Source: Octopus sinensis (lineage: Eukaryota). From it: 64,000 nucleotides of DNA. The notes under the pieces are model-generated. The model was given only the letters and a program-made list of their open reading frames with translations. It searched no databases and had not been told where the DNA came from. The stretch spans positions 91,016,001 to 91,080,000 of the forward strand of contig NC_043000.1 in assembly GCF_006345805.1 (NCBI RefSeq), in the 5' to 3' direction. A program made the position numbers and the translations under genes. Shown piece after piece: positions 63,287 to 64,000 of the stretch; within the stretch, counting starts at the first letter, position 1; the number at the start of each line of letters is the position of its first letter.

Positions 63287-63371
63287 GTATGTATGTGTAT
63301 ATGTATGCGTATATGTATATCTACGTATGTGCTTATACAAATGTAATGCATATACGTATATATATACATAC

Positions 63372-63437
<66 letters not shown>

Positions 63438-64000
63438 GTATATAAACACACACACATATATATATACATGTGTGCGTGTGTGTTTGTCTGTGTATGTATG
63501 TATATAATTTTTCTCTTTTCTCCTATCCCCACTTTCTCTCACTACCAATGTCTCTCGATTCAGATTTTGGTTCAATTTACAATATCCAGGTATGGTGAAG
63601 CACAGTGTACCATGGTACGTTATGGCATAATATGGTGTAGGATGGTATTGTGTGGCAGGATATGCTATGGTATGGTTGGTTATTGTATATCCTAGTATGT
63701 CGATGTATGTCGTGGTGTGATCGTGTGGTATGCTGTGGTGCAATATGATATAGAAAAACATTGTATTGACTGATAACATAAGAATTATTTCAACATATTC
63801 TTTATATATTTTCATTTTATTTTATGCCTTTACATTGAATTTCTGAGTTGTTTATGAGGATACACACGAGAATTCTATAGTCGTTTCGTACAGACAATTG
63901 TTTAGATCTCTACCTATAATTATTGAACATCTTTGGTACGAAGCTATTTGCCGCAGCACCAATTTTGAACAGATACTTGCTTCAGGACAAGTCCTGTGAA

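Overview
AT-rich, microsatellite-dense eukaryotic DNA. The SINE families and (TA)n/(CA)n/(ATCT)n load look like an octopus or other coleoid cephalopod genome (inference from recalled repeat families, not verified). I found no recognisable conserved host gene, true tRNA/rRNA gene or CRISPR array, and almost every ORF in the track is a translation of simple repeats. The window is a transposon graveyard. It holds Penelope-like (GIY-YIG) fragments, an R4/Dong-type RT+RLE LINE plus three short Dong relics, two Tx1/L1-type LINE fragments, two Helitrons, a mariner derivative and about 30 copies or fragments of at least five tRNA-derived SINE families. The most interesting signals are: (1) five well-formed type I hammerhead ribozyme motifs, four of them paired in the arms of two long inverted repeats, plus atypical-core variants; (2) a Tx1-type LINE and a SINE family that share a 3' tail and both end at the same position inside the SINE's own tRNA-like head, suggesting a self-targeting LINE/SINE pair; (3) a Penelope GIY-YIG nuclease whose GIY and YIG motifs are split by a long in-frame Thr-rich insert; (4) a bipartite mini-Dong that keeps only its two ends.
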